Below, piece after piece: positions 1 to 11,500 of a stretch of DNA of 64,000 bases. The number at the start of each line of letters is the position of its first letter. Within the stretch, counting starts at the first letter, position 1. Origin of the DNA: Tubulanus polymorphus (Eukaryota > Animalia > Nemertea); the NCBI RefSeq assembly GCF_964204645.1, contig NC_134030.1, positions 3,328,778 through 3,392,777 of the forward strand, read 5' to 3'. The position numbers were made by a program, and so were the translations under genes. Below the pieces are notes generated by a model. It saw only the letters and a program-made list of their open reading frames with translations. It made no database searches and was not told where the DNA came from.

Positions 1-1445
1 CAATATCACGAGGGGTCTGTTCAGGAATGTTGTTCGCTTCTGAAGAAATTTGTTCATCTTTCGACAATCCTATACATGAACACAGAAATAGATAATAAAA
101 ATACAAGTCTCAAGACTCTGTGTAGATAAATGAAAAAGAGTCAAAATCTTTATGAGATAGAATCCATTAAATTGAAACGAAGATTTGGCACTTGACAAAT
201 ACAGCCATCATCAAATGGAATGATGGTCAATAACCAACTCATTGTGGTTTCATTTTGATAAATCTTACATGTAACACACGTTAGCACATTATTAGAATTC
301 AATTGTGGCACTTTCGCAAGGCTACAGGGCATGTCTCAACCATAACACTATTCTTTCATAACACTAGCATCACACGGTGGAAAGGTGACCCAAACATGAG
401 TAAAAAAAATCACTTTGTTATGTAAAACTTAGTTTAAAATAGAAGCCCCAAAACGTCAGACTCCAGCTCTCGTCGTCAAGCAACGATCATCGACGGAACA
501 ATGGCTTCTGCTTACCTGTTCCAGCTTGAGGAGGTAATTCGGCCTGTCCATCGATAGCAGGACCAGGAATATAGATCAAAGTCTCTTCGTGAATGTCTTC
601 CTCGACAAGGGGTTCATTTTTATCGTTTTCTGGAAGATTGAAAAGTTTCAATTAATAAAAATTGAATCGAATTTAGTGCCGGTGCCATTTATTTCCGCAT
701 CCACTCGACCTTGAGTTTGCTGAACTAGAACACTGGAATAGGGCCCGGACCACCAGCTTCCGGGTTGTCCAATCACCGCATTCGTTAATTTTTTTCCTAT
801 AAAATGAGCGTTATTTTATTCTGATAGGAAAAAACAAATATGCTCTCCGGGTACGGTGACGCCCAAAAATTATCTAAAACAATGCAAAATCTACCAAAAA
901 CAAAATATGATTGTAGAAATCGAGGACTCAATTCAGTACTCTGAGTCTGAGTCAAATCTTTGACTCAGGAACTGCGTGCACCTCAAATAAGAACTCGGGG
1001 CCTGAGACTGACGTGCCGGAAATAAGAAATAATCACATCGTGGTAAAAATGCGTCATTTTTGCCATACACTATATTTTAATTATAGAAACAGGCCCCAAC
1101 GACCACGACTGACGAAGGCTTTTACGATTTGACAGAAAATTCTATTTCAGTTCATGCAGAAAGATGATACATAAACGAATCGTTTAAAAGTTAAAAATTA
1201 TTAAAACACTACAATTCACGTTGTACAAAGTGCCGAAAAAAATCATGAGTAAGTCTAAAGAATTATTGTTCATGTATATTCTGTCATTAAAACCCCGGCA
1301 CGAGGATTGTGCCCTCCAAAAACAAAGAAAAAAAAACTAAAAACAGAAATCATCATTATGAGTGAAATAAAATCTACGGCTTACCTGCCGAGTGACCCCC
1401 TGTGACCAGGAAGAACCCCAACACAAGAACGTAAAGTACGTTCAT
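1..1445 (-). CDS. Secreted acidic protein, 5' part; exons 1385-1445, 516-629, <1-69; continues left of the window
   Basis: Exon 1 encodes a signal peptide, MNVLYVLVLGFFLVTGGHSA. GT-AG phase-1 junctions give an open frame: ENDKNEPLVEEDIHEETLIYIPGPAIDGQAELPPQAGT / GLSKDEQISSEANNIPEQTPRDI. Confidence 0.75.
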
Positions 1446-3078
1446 TCTGCCAGGGTAGGAAGGTGTGGCTTCTTAGATTCAAACAAGGTCTTCACTGCGA
1501 CAATTATGCGGTGCTGATCATCTATCCGGGCAATCACAACTGCCGGCAAATGCGACCGCTACAGACCCGGGCATCGCTTTTTATTTGCGATGTAACTTCC
1601 TTGTTCAGTCATGTGACTGCTTCTCCGTACCAATCAGGGTTACGGAATATATTCTATGAGCCTAGCCCCGGATAATGAGACACGCCTTGCGCCGCGCTAG
1701 TTCGTGACAATCGATACATTTCGCGGCCGTGGAGAAAGGAAAGAATTGACTACCCGAATTTCTACAGTTCCATATTTTGTACAGTGCCCTACGACAAGAA
1801 GATGTGTAGCTTTTTGTTGGTTTAAAGATCCAATTTGGTCTTTGATAGATATACTACACAATTTTCCCGAATGTTCTTGTGTATATTTTTCTATCATATG
1901 GAATCCTAGAATTAGAAATAGCGATTCAGGAATTACACGAAACTACGAATCTATTCTATAATAGCGGCTAATGTCTCAAACGTTTGGTTTTACCATTGGC
2001 TCTATACTAATTGCTATCGCTCAGAGGTTATGTTCATCTCATTTCAACTCACGTTTATTGAGCGAATAAACGACATGATCAACATAGAGCACCAGTCTCT
2101 AGAACTCCGTTACCCGGGTTCGCTGCGCGATAAAAGAAACCTTTTTTATTTGATAGACTACATTATCATCTATCAATCTCATAATCTTATTTCACAGTTT
2201 TCTTTATTTTCCACATACCTCACGGGACGGACCGGGTATAGACAAGAAGAAATACAATTCATTTTCGATGATTTTCTTGCGGGGGGAAATAATCATAATC
2301 ACAAGCAGATTATCATCTCGGGGTCACGAGTGAAATACAAATCACTATGATTACATCTATTTGAATTCTATCTATACACGAACAATACCTTATCCCCATC
2401 CCTAAACGCTTTGCTTTCAATTTCCTCGTAAATATAATTAGCTGGAATAGAATTTGACAAAAAGGCGATGCGGAAATACTTCGTATAGGAGGACAGGGAA
2501 ATTTCAAATAATTGTTGACTGCTTTGTGCCGATAACATGGTGGTACATTGATGCGAAAATTGTCGAAAATTAAGCGTTTTATTTGTACAACTCTTTTTAA
2601 TCGTTGAACGCGGAAGTGTAGATATTCAAATTGAACCTGCATTTTATAATTAACGATCTAGAAATATATGTTTTTGATGATGTTCTGTGTGCATGACTTT
2701 TTCGAATGAATGGCTTTGATTAAAAGTATCCGGTTGAAACCCGGTCGTGTCAATTCCGTACGAGCAAATAATATATATTTATGGACATGTATTTTGATTA
2801 TTGTCCAAAAAGCAACATTGGAAAACGGGCTATAAATTGGGCGAATTGTCGGCAAACCGTGAAACTGCAGCGGTATGCCCATAATACCGAACGGTCGGTT
2901 GTGAGGCCACAAAACCTTGTCATTTTTTATGGTTTTATTTTTAATAACGGTGTGAAATCGTACACGAGATCATCAAATAATGTACAGTAAATCATTCGAT
3001 TACTTCAGTACCGATACATTATCGTCATTCAATGTTATTATAAAGATATGTATTTTTACGGATAGACAGTTATTAAGG

Positions 3079-3111
3079 TATAAAAACCTACGCCGTTTCC
3101 CACACTTCAGG
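3079..3111 (+). promoter_or_regulatory. TATA box and initiator-like site of the toxin-like gene
   Basis: TATAAAA at 3079-3085, TTCAG about 27 nt downstream, ATG at 3132. Confidence 0.6.
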
Positions 3112-3131
3112 TTCTCGTCAATCCAATCAAA

Positions 3132-4004
3132 ATGCGTCCAGTTCTCCGTGCAATTTTAGGTAAGCACACATCGGTATTTGTGGTAAAGTGACGATTTTAA
3201 TTCCTTAATTATACACACGTCGATCTAGTCGATCGTTTCTAGCTCTGAAAGGAAGGACAGGGCCCGGTTTCACGAAAAAGTGTAAAAATTAAATTTGGTG
3301 TAAACCTTAATTCGGTTAAAAATGTTTTAAACCGAATTAGTTAATTTTTGGTGTAAATCAAGTTTCACCAAAAAGTGTAACAAGTGAATTAACTAAACTG
3401 GTTTAGTGACGTCACCGCATATAATTAGTGTAATCAGCATTAATTAAAATGGCGTCACTTCTAAGTTCAGCAAACTGGGCCCAGCAGAATATCCTCGGTA
3501 GAAAGTTTAGATATTTGGATATTCATAAAAGAACGAACATTTCTATCTGTATCATATTCGACGGAATAGAGCGATACGAAAAATGATAATGTTTTTCTTT
3601 GATGATAGTAAAAGCACAAGGAACCTGTTCCATTGATGGAAGGCATATTTATGGATTTGTCTATTTTTTACCATTACCACTGGCGTAACTGGTTCCCTGC
3701 TGGTGTTTAGTGTCTCTGCTCCAAAGAATTTTTGATGTAACGGGTATTTTTGTTTACAGTGTTATTATCGGTGGTGGCTTGTGTTTACGGCTATACTTGG
3801 CCCGGTGAAGCAGAAGTCGAACAGTCGTGTAAAATCTACGTTTGTGGTGAAGATATTACCTGTATGAGGGATTGTCTGTATGCCGTACGAACGCATGTCG
3901 AATGTCAGGGTAAAAACACTACTAACGGCGTCGTCCAATGCACTGGATTTCTGTTCGCTTCAAAACTGAAAAAAGTTAGAGAAAATCTTACGAAGAAGCA
4001 ATAA
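3132..4004 (+). CDS. Secreted six-Cys peptide, cytotoxin-A/parborlysin-like; exons 3132-3159 and 3760-4004; 90 aa
   Basis: MRPVLRAIL-G|gtaag ... tttacag|TG joins in frame to give MRPVLRAILVLLSVVACVYG-YTWPGEAEVEQSCKIYVCGEDITCMRDCLYAVRTHVECQGKNTTNGVVQCTGFLFASKLKKVRENLTKKQ*. AATAAA overlaps the stop codon. The gene model is strong; the family call is from recalled Cys spacing. Confidence 0.75.
3260..3482. mobile_element. MITE (GGGCCCRGTTT TIR) in the toxin-gene intron
   Basis: gggcccggttt ... aaactgggccc terminal inverted repeats. Confidence 0.6.
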
Positions 4005-4605
4005 ATATTTCTCATGGAAATTAGTGTTAGTATTTTTGTTTTTGATACAGGACAGATGAGGTGTTCATCCAGTCTGGCTTCTGTGGGTTGGTTTAGTTTG
4101 TGTGCTGATGAAAAAAAAAACCCACTGAATAGAAATTAGAACTAATAGAGGATTTTGAGAGGTTCGAGACAAATTCTGTGACGCCACAAGTTTCACTTCG
4201 GTGATGTGATGCGTGGACAGAGTCATAGGGTATACGTTTGTGGTTCCTTTTCGATTTTGATATGTATTTTTATCTGAAAATAGTTTGATCAATTATGGGT
4301 TTCTTGAAATGTTTTAATGAACGAACAAAGTTGAACCCGGCGCGGCAGAGATGCTGAAGACACCGGGGAAAATAGAGTGTCCCAGGTTTGAACCCGGTTC
4401 GTGCTTGCGGTGGCAGGACCGTACAGTCGCAAAGCCGACTGCGTGAAATTATAAATATAGCACTGGTCCGAGTGCAGAAAGTCAAATAGTCAACACAGTA
4501 ATTTTCACTTTTGAAAACAGTGTGTCCGTTTCACTGTATGGTGCTGCCACCAAACTCTAAAGCTTGTAATTGAACCCCTTCATTACCGGGTTGCGAAATA
4601 CCAAG

Positions 4606-7600
4606 ATGGCGACTGACGGTGTACACAAATTGAATTTAATTCTTATGCACGGTAAAAAAAACTGATGGACAAAATGATTGTTTTAGAAAAATAATTCATC
4701 GCAATGCTACCCATGGAAGTAGATTAAATGGTTGTTTATTTGTGATCTATTGACATCGTTGAGAACAGTTTGAAACCAGTAGATTCTATAGTCGAGTGAT
4801 GCTGTCGTCGACTTCGACACGGCACCACTCATCTTGACCACTCAGTACACTGTTGACTTCTGCTCTGTCTGAGACCACACGACTGTCTCTTGAGTCCTGA
4901 CAGGTCCACCGGAGCTGTTTTTCCTTTCTCGACGGTGTCGTTGGTGTAAGTTCTTCACGCTGTCCTGTGTGTATGTATTTCAGGTCAACAGAAACACAAT
5001 ATTCATCTGGAACTTCCCGGTGACGACGAAGCCGGTAATGCTATAACAGTGGAACATTTAGCGAAAGAAGCTGAAAGGGTAACGACTGTACCGATTAAAT
5101 CACAACGACTCATCTTTAAAGGTAATCTGTCAACAGTAGCTCCAGACAGTAAACACCTACAATGCCTTGTCACAGCTTTTTCTTTTTTTCTAAATTCAAT
5201 ATTTATTTCATGAAGAAAAAGATTTTTACAAATATTATATGTGTTTTATGCAGACATTATAGCAAGATATTTAAAAGATGTAAAAGCTTATCCAGGATCC
5301 AGTTCCATAGATAAGATTTCACCATGAGTTAATTCACTCAATAAGTTTATGATTTCAGGTGTATTACTATTGTATGATTCTCTTATAGGCCTAGTATAGC
5401 GCTATATAAACAGATGAATTATTGATAAATTATTATTATTATTACTGGTATTATTATTATTAATATTGAAGATAAACTAGGCCTACAAAGTTCAACTCCG
5501 AGATAATTGAGAATTAATTAGAATCCTTAAGTAGAGCTCAATGTGATGAGAATGAACCCCTGTAGTGTGTATGAAATTATTGAATCAGTTCATGATGAAA
5601 CCTAGAACAGTAGCAGTTGATATATTTCTATTAAGTTTCAATGTGAATATTCTGTTATAGGTAAATCACTAACAGCAATGGATAGTCGACTATCTCAATT
5701 AGGTTTGAAAGATGCTAGCAAAGTGATGCTTATCGGAAAAAAGGTACTAACAATTTAAAAAGTATATGGCCTGTGCTATTGGTACAATTTTTTCCTCATA
5801 ATTTGATGATTTATGAGATGATTATATTTTTGGTTTAAGGCAAATGCCGAAGACGATGCAAATATTCAAAAATTGAAAACAATAGAATCAGATGTTAGTA
5901 AAAATGCGAAAAAACTAGATGATATATCATATGAATTGGTTAGTGCGGAACGGGTAAGTTTTAACCCTTTCAATTGCAGATAATTGTGCACACAGATGTA
6001 GTTACAGGGTATGATCTAAGCACTTTTTGTCTCAAAGCTTTTTTCCCAATCGATACAACAGTTGGAGTGCTTGTGTAGGGCAAGTAGATTTTTGAGGGGG
6101 CCAAGTAAAATTTCAGATATGATAGCCCCCGAGCAAGTGGTATATATTCCTTAGATCGGACCCTGTAGTTAGCTTATTTTAATGACGCATGTATATGTGG
6201 TGACACCTATACAGCTGCATATGAACTACATTTGTGTACATGTATAATGAAAGAAGTCTTCTGCCAATCAAAAAACACCTATGTACCACGCAGTAGTTAA
6301 GTATGCTGCACACTTTTACAGGTCATAGTTCATTTTCCATTGACGTTGATCTTCTGTCTCCAATCCAAAAATTAGACAAATCACATGGCTAGACTAATTG
6401 ATTAATCTTTAGACTTCATGTGTGGCATGATTTTTTCGAATGTTATATGCAGATTTTTAGAAATTGTCATACGAATTAGCATTTCATTACAGTGGAACCT
6501 CGTTATAACGAACTCGGGATACAACGATTCATCGGATATAACAAAAACAACATTGTGTCCCACGTTTGACAATTTGATTAATTTCATACTGGATACAACA
6601 AAATATCGGTTATAACGAACCTATTTTCTGGTCCCCAGAAGTTCGTTGTAACGAGGTTCCACTGTAGCAGAGCACTCGTAAATCTGAGGTTATGCACTCT
6701 ACTGTAAAAATGAATTCAGAAATGATCTATATACAGCTATGTCATATATTGTATTGTAGGGTTACGTGCAAGATAATCTGAAAAAAGATGTTTTGACGAA
6801 ACTGAGTAAAAGACTGGCGGCCGTCATAGAGCAATTCATGAAATTTCTAGAAAAAGTTGATGGTATACAATTTAGTGAAAACAATTCGTCTCAAGGAAGA
6901 CGTCTTCGTAGAGATCTCGTCGATAGAATTCAGGTACGACAATAAAAGTAGCGTAACTCGTAGATATCGCTGACACGATTGAATCTATGTATGATAAAGT
7001 CAAACCCGGTTAATCTATCACTGGTTTAACCGTATTAGTTCTTATTCCTGCTTCTAATGGACTGTTGCATTCACTTTTCGTCTGTTCATCCAACTATCGA
7101 CTGAAACACCTGTAAAATGGATACAAAGAACCTAACTCTGACACAGCTAACTCAAATTATTACTAATTCGGTCGGTTTGTTCTAGTTAAGCGAGGTATAC
7201 TCTGTACGGATATCCATAACTCACTTATGCAGCTATCGGTGTGAATCCTGTCCCCATATCTCACTGATAGATGCTCTTTAGAAGCCAAAAACCTGACCGA
7301 TTCCTGAATGAAGTTTAGAAAAAACATCGGATTCCCGACGAGCATGATAAAATGGGCTGCTGTAGATGTGTCTAATGTCTGTTGTTTGTCATTTTCGAAA
7401 ACGTCGAAGCTGTGGTGAATTAAATACTACTTCGGGAAGGATGGACTCTGTCATCTAAGTGAAATTGTTGATATGACTGTTAGAGACTGATATTAATCTC
7501 AGTATTTCGGAGTGAATGAGCAGAACCCACTGTTCATGATATAATGAGTTTATTCTGACAGTTTCAAAGTTTTGACTATACAAGACTTTTGGTTTATATT

Positions 7601-7669
7601 TTACAGGAATTATTAAACCGTTGCGATGATTTGGCGCACTCGCTGAATGAGATGTTAACTCCATCCTGA
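4606..7669 (+). CDS. BAG1: BAG family molecular chaperone regulator 1 (UBL + BAG domain); exons 4606-4651, 4984-5121, 5661-5743, 5840-5953, 6760-6933, 7607-7669; 205 aa
   Basis: Ubiquitin-like domain (TVEHLAKEAERVTTVPIKSQRLIFKGKSL...LGLKDASKVMLIGKK) followed by a BAG domain (IEQFMKFLEKVDGI...RRLRRDLVDRIQELLNRCD). All junctions are GT-AG and in phase. Confidence 0.92.
6490..6664. mobile_element. Tc1/mariner-pogo (Tigger-like) MITE
   Basis: TIR CAGTGGAACCTCGTTAYAACGAAC at both ends with TA duplication. Confidence 0.9.
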
Positions 7670-7765
7670 TGATGACTGCTTAAATTTATTTCAGTGCCGC
7701 TAGTTCCCTTTGACCAGCTGGTATCTGCTTGCCTACATGAACTGCCTGCCTCGTTTATCTCTAAA

Positions 7766-8210
7766 AGTTTTACGGAGAAGATAAAAACCATGAGACGAAC
7801 TAAGTCACGATCCTGTGTCCTTAGGTAAAAGAAAAGATTCATTGTTTTTTGAATAGTTGAAGTATGAAATGATGTACTTTTTTGTTTTTGTTGAATTAAT
7901 CTCTCAGTCTATCTCAGAGTTTTATAGAGAAAATGAAAACCATGGGACGAACTAAGTCACGATCCTGTGTCCTTAGGTAAAAGAAAAGATTCATTGTTTT
8001 TTGAATAGTTGAAGTATGAAATGATGTACTTTTTGGTTTTTGTTGAATTAATCTCTCAGTCTATCTCAGAGTTTTATAGAGAAAATAAAAACCATGGGAC
8101 GAACAAAGTCACGATCCGTGTCAGGAAAAGGAAAGATTCATTGTTATTCGAATAGTTGAATTATGAAATGATATAAAACGTTTTTATTTTTGAATAAATC
8201 AATCTTTTGT
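7766..8210. repeat. 152-bp tandem repeat, about 2.7 copies, between the convergent BAG1 and ABC transporter 3' ends
   Basis: The CCATG...ACGAAC motif recurs at 7788, 7940 and 8092. Confidence 0.9.
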
Positions 8211-8595
8211 TAATGATTGAATCAGTATTTTGATAGGTTTAATATGAAGGAGGACTGATGATTTTATTCAATGTGTCTGGTTTTGTCAGGAGCTGCTATA
8301 TCTCGTATCGCCACACTGCTATCATTTGTTTGGATCTTGTTCTCGGTGGTTTGGACATCTGTTACCTTCAATATGCATTGACAAACAACAAACAGAGATA
8401 GAAGACTTCAACGTGCAAAGGAGCGAATATTTCAAAGAACTCGTAGTATTTCTTTCGTGGTGTATAAAAAATCTAATTTAATTTGACAAAGAAAAATTGG
8501 GTTTAACAAGTAAACGACACCGGAATATCAACAATTTTCAGTGTGCGAACAAAGATTATACAAAAAGAAAAAAAATTATCTTCATTAAGTAAAGC

Positions 8596-11500
8596 TTAGA
8601 TAATTCGTAGTTTGATGATGAGCACGGAAAGAGCCATTAGACCCCAGCCCCAACCGATAGCTACTAGGAATCCACGCCACACATGCATATACGATAGACC
8701 CCAACCTGAAATATTAACAAAGTCATTGTTTATTACCCGAAAAAGACGGAAAGCCTGAAAAACATCCTCAAGAGAGTTTCTGTTGACATTTTTTATCGAA
8801 TGTATTTATTTGTATCTATTTTAGGAATAAACGATAATCAGCATACATAGTGTCAGAGAATTTCGAAGATTCATTAAATCTTCGATAAATAACTGGACAA
8901 ATATATAATAATTCATCATAATAGTTACCTCTTCCGAGAATACATCTCATAGCTTCAGCGGGGAATGTAATTGGTAGACCATAACTGATGTATCTAAGCC
9001 ATGTCGGTATTGCTTCTATCGGCCATATTATACCTGCAACAAATTTCCAAAAGCATTTTTAAATCCTATCAATTGATGATAATTGTGGATGAAGGAGAAC
9101 TCGTTTCACACTCTTACTTACCGCTGATCAGAAGACTCGGATAAAGCGAACCCAAAGAAAGCTGTATTGCATTTACTTCATTTGTGCTGATTGAAGATAT
9201 CAGCAGTCCTGAAATCAACAGAAAATAATGGAAAACTCGATTCATTCCAAGAGTTTTACTTTTCCCCACAAATGGGAAGAGATGCTCGTCGACTTGTTTT
9301 AATTAGAACAGCGGTAACATAACAGAATTTATATCGCACATTATTAAAGCGCAATTTGGTGATTTGTAACATCTTTACCTAATGCCATTCCATCAAGTCC
9401 CGAAAACAACGTCATTAGAATCTCTAAGATAATCGGACCCTTAATTGGCACCTGGAAAATAAATTGAACTGTAAAGAGGCTTTTTTCATTAAAAAAAACA
9501 ACTGAGAGTTGTTAGGCAAAACACGAAACCAGAGATCCATTAGCATTTGAGCTTGAACAAAACTTACCGAAAACACTAAATGTGTAACTATAAGGAGTAC
9601 TGCGATCTGCACGACTAAAACTACAGTCTGAGCGATTATATGAGCCGCCATTATTTCAAACGCGCTAATAGCTGTCAAAACAATAAGGAAAATCATTCCG
9701 ATATACATAAAGAAGTAAGCATTTTCGAGGCCGTAGGTACAAGACGCGGTTCTGTTCTACACGGGTGGATCTACGAAGAAAACCCTGCTTTCTTGTTGAC
9801 GTCATCCTCTCGAAGATTGCATTATTCAGATACATTTTCTTCAAAAACATCTTCTAACCCATCATTTTCTTTTCACCCCTGTCATCATCCATATTTTGTA
9901 TAAGCGTTACTGGAGACGAGTAATTTCATCACGCAGTAATTGATAAGTAAAGTGATTACCTGCTACTAGGCTTCGATCCAATAAACCTTCTTTCTTCTCT
10001 AGCACAAACGACAAAGCGGTCAAACCGGTCGCCATGAAGTATGTGATGCTATGAATTAAGAAAACTGCAATTTACCCCAGAGTCAAACGAATCTTTGGTC
10101 TCAGAATCTCAAATTCTATCCAACAACTACGTCGTTTTCATTCATATATTTTCTTCGGGTGAAATTGCTCTAGTGGACATCGTTATCATCACTAGACCTA
10201 CCTTAGAATAATTCCGGGTGCCATGAAGTTTGTGAATTTAGGGTGTAGATCTCCGTAAACGGGGTTTTCGATGATGATAGGAAGTCTGGCTATAGCAGGA
10301 TTCATGTGTAGACTTAACGTTACATTTCTGGCAAATTCTTCGAACGCTTCCATCGTTTTCTGTTGAATCGACGTTGAAATAAGATAATCTAGAAATTCGG
10401 AAAGAATTTACCAGCACTATTTACAGAAATGTGGCCAGATGTTCAGAGAAAGAGAGCGTTTGATGTCAACGATAGTGGTTATTACACATTACATTAACGT
10501 TAGAACATCCAGGAAATTGATACATGCACAGGCAAGACATATCATTGTCACTAAAAAATGACATTCACATCTTGAACAAGTATAACCAGGAAGCAATTCG
10601 TACAATTCTTATTTATACACGCTATGAAATATACGTAATGTAACGCATGGTTAGATTCATGAATAGCCTTTCAGAGACAAATCAATACAAACTTACTTGT
10701 CATGTCTAAATAAAGGTGAATTGAACCTCCTGATATTGTTGCATTGTCTATCGGTTGATTTCCAAATCTTTCAGAAGATAAAAACGAAATCTAAATTTTG
10801 AAGGGATTTTTCATCGAAATAAACTACGATTTCTCAGAGTACATCAAAATCTATAGGTTACCTGAGGATGAGATCTTGTGTGAAGTTTTTACCAATTTCA
10901 ATCACTCCCCAACTGAAACCTGATTGTACTGAAGAATAGGCCGCATTGTGATCATTACCAAAATCATGCTACAAAAAGACACCGAATGTACAATAACGTG
11001 GGACTGGTTTCATAAACCGTAACAGAGTAGAATCAGAACCAGGTGGTCTTGTGCGACTTGTTAAGACCCTCAATTCTTTGCCCTTTTCTGAATGATCTGT
11101 TAACGTTTTTCTGCTTTATCATATGGAATCTTTTCAAATATTGCATAATTAATGGGAAGATAATGAACAGTTTTTTAACTTGTAAATGCTGTAAAATGTA
11201 TCAAACCCATCCACGAATTTTTGAATGCGACGCCTTTCTAATGTGCCTACAATTACACCTTTTAACGATGATGCGTCACAAGACCTTCAAAAGTATATAC
11301 CTTGTATCCACACCGCGATGGCGACTAGAAAATTATCAAAATCAAAACATATTTATTCATTTATATACATCAATCTAGTACAACTTACCAGCGATAAGAC
11401 ATTGTCATCAATAAACCCTAAATATAATGCGCCGAATGCTGGTGCTGTTTCGTTATTCACGACGGCCATTGGTAAATCCTTAGGATCTCCTCCGATACAC

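Noticed and set aside
3750-3759. TTG start of the 84-aa ORF
   Set aside because: It lies in the splice acceptor (tttacag); the real ATG is at 3132.
4335-4400. tRNA-like B-box (ggtttgaacccgg)
   Set aside because: No cloverleaf could be folded; at most a SINE remnant. The same applies near 59660.
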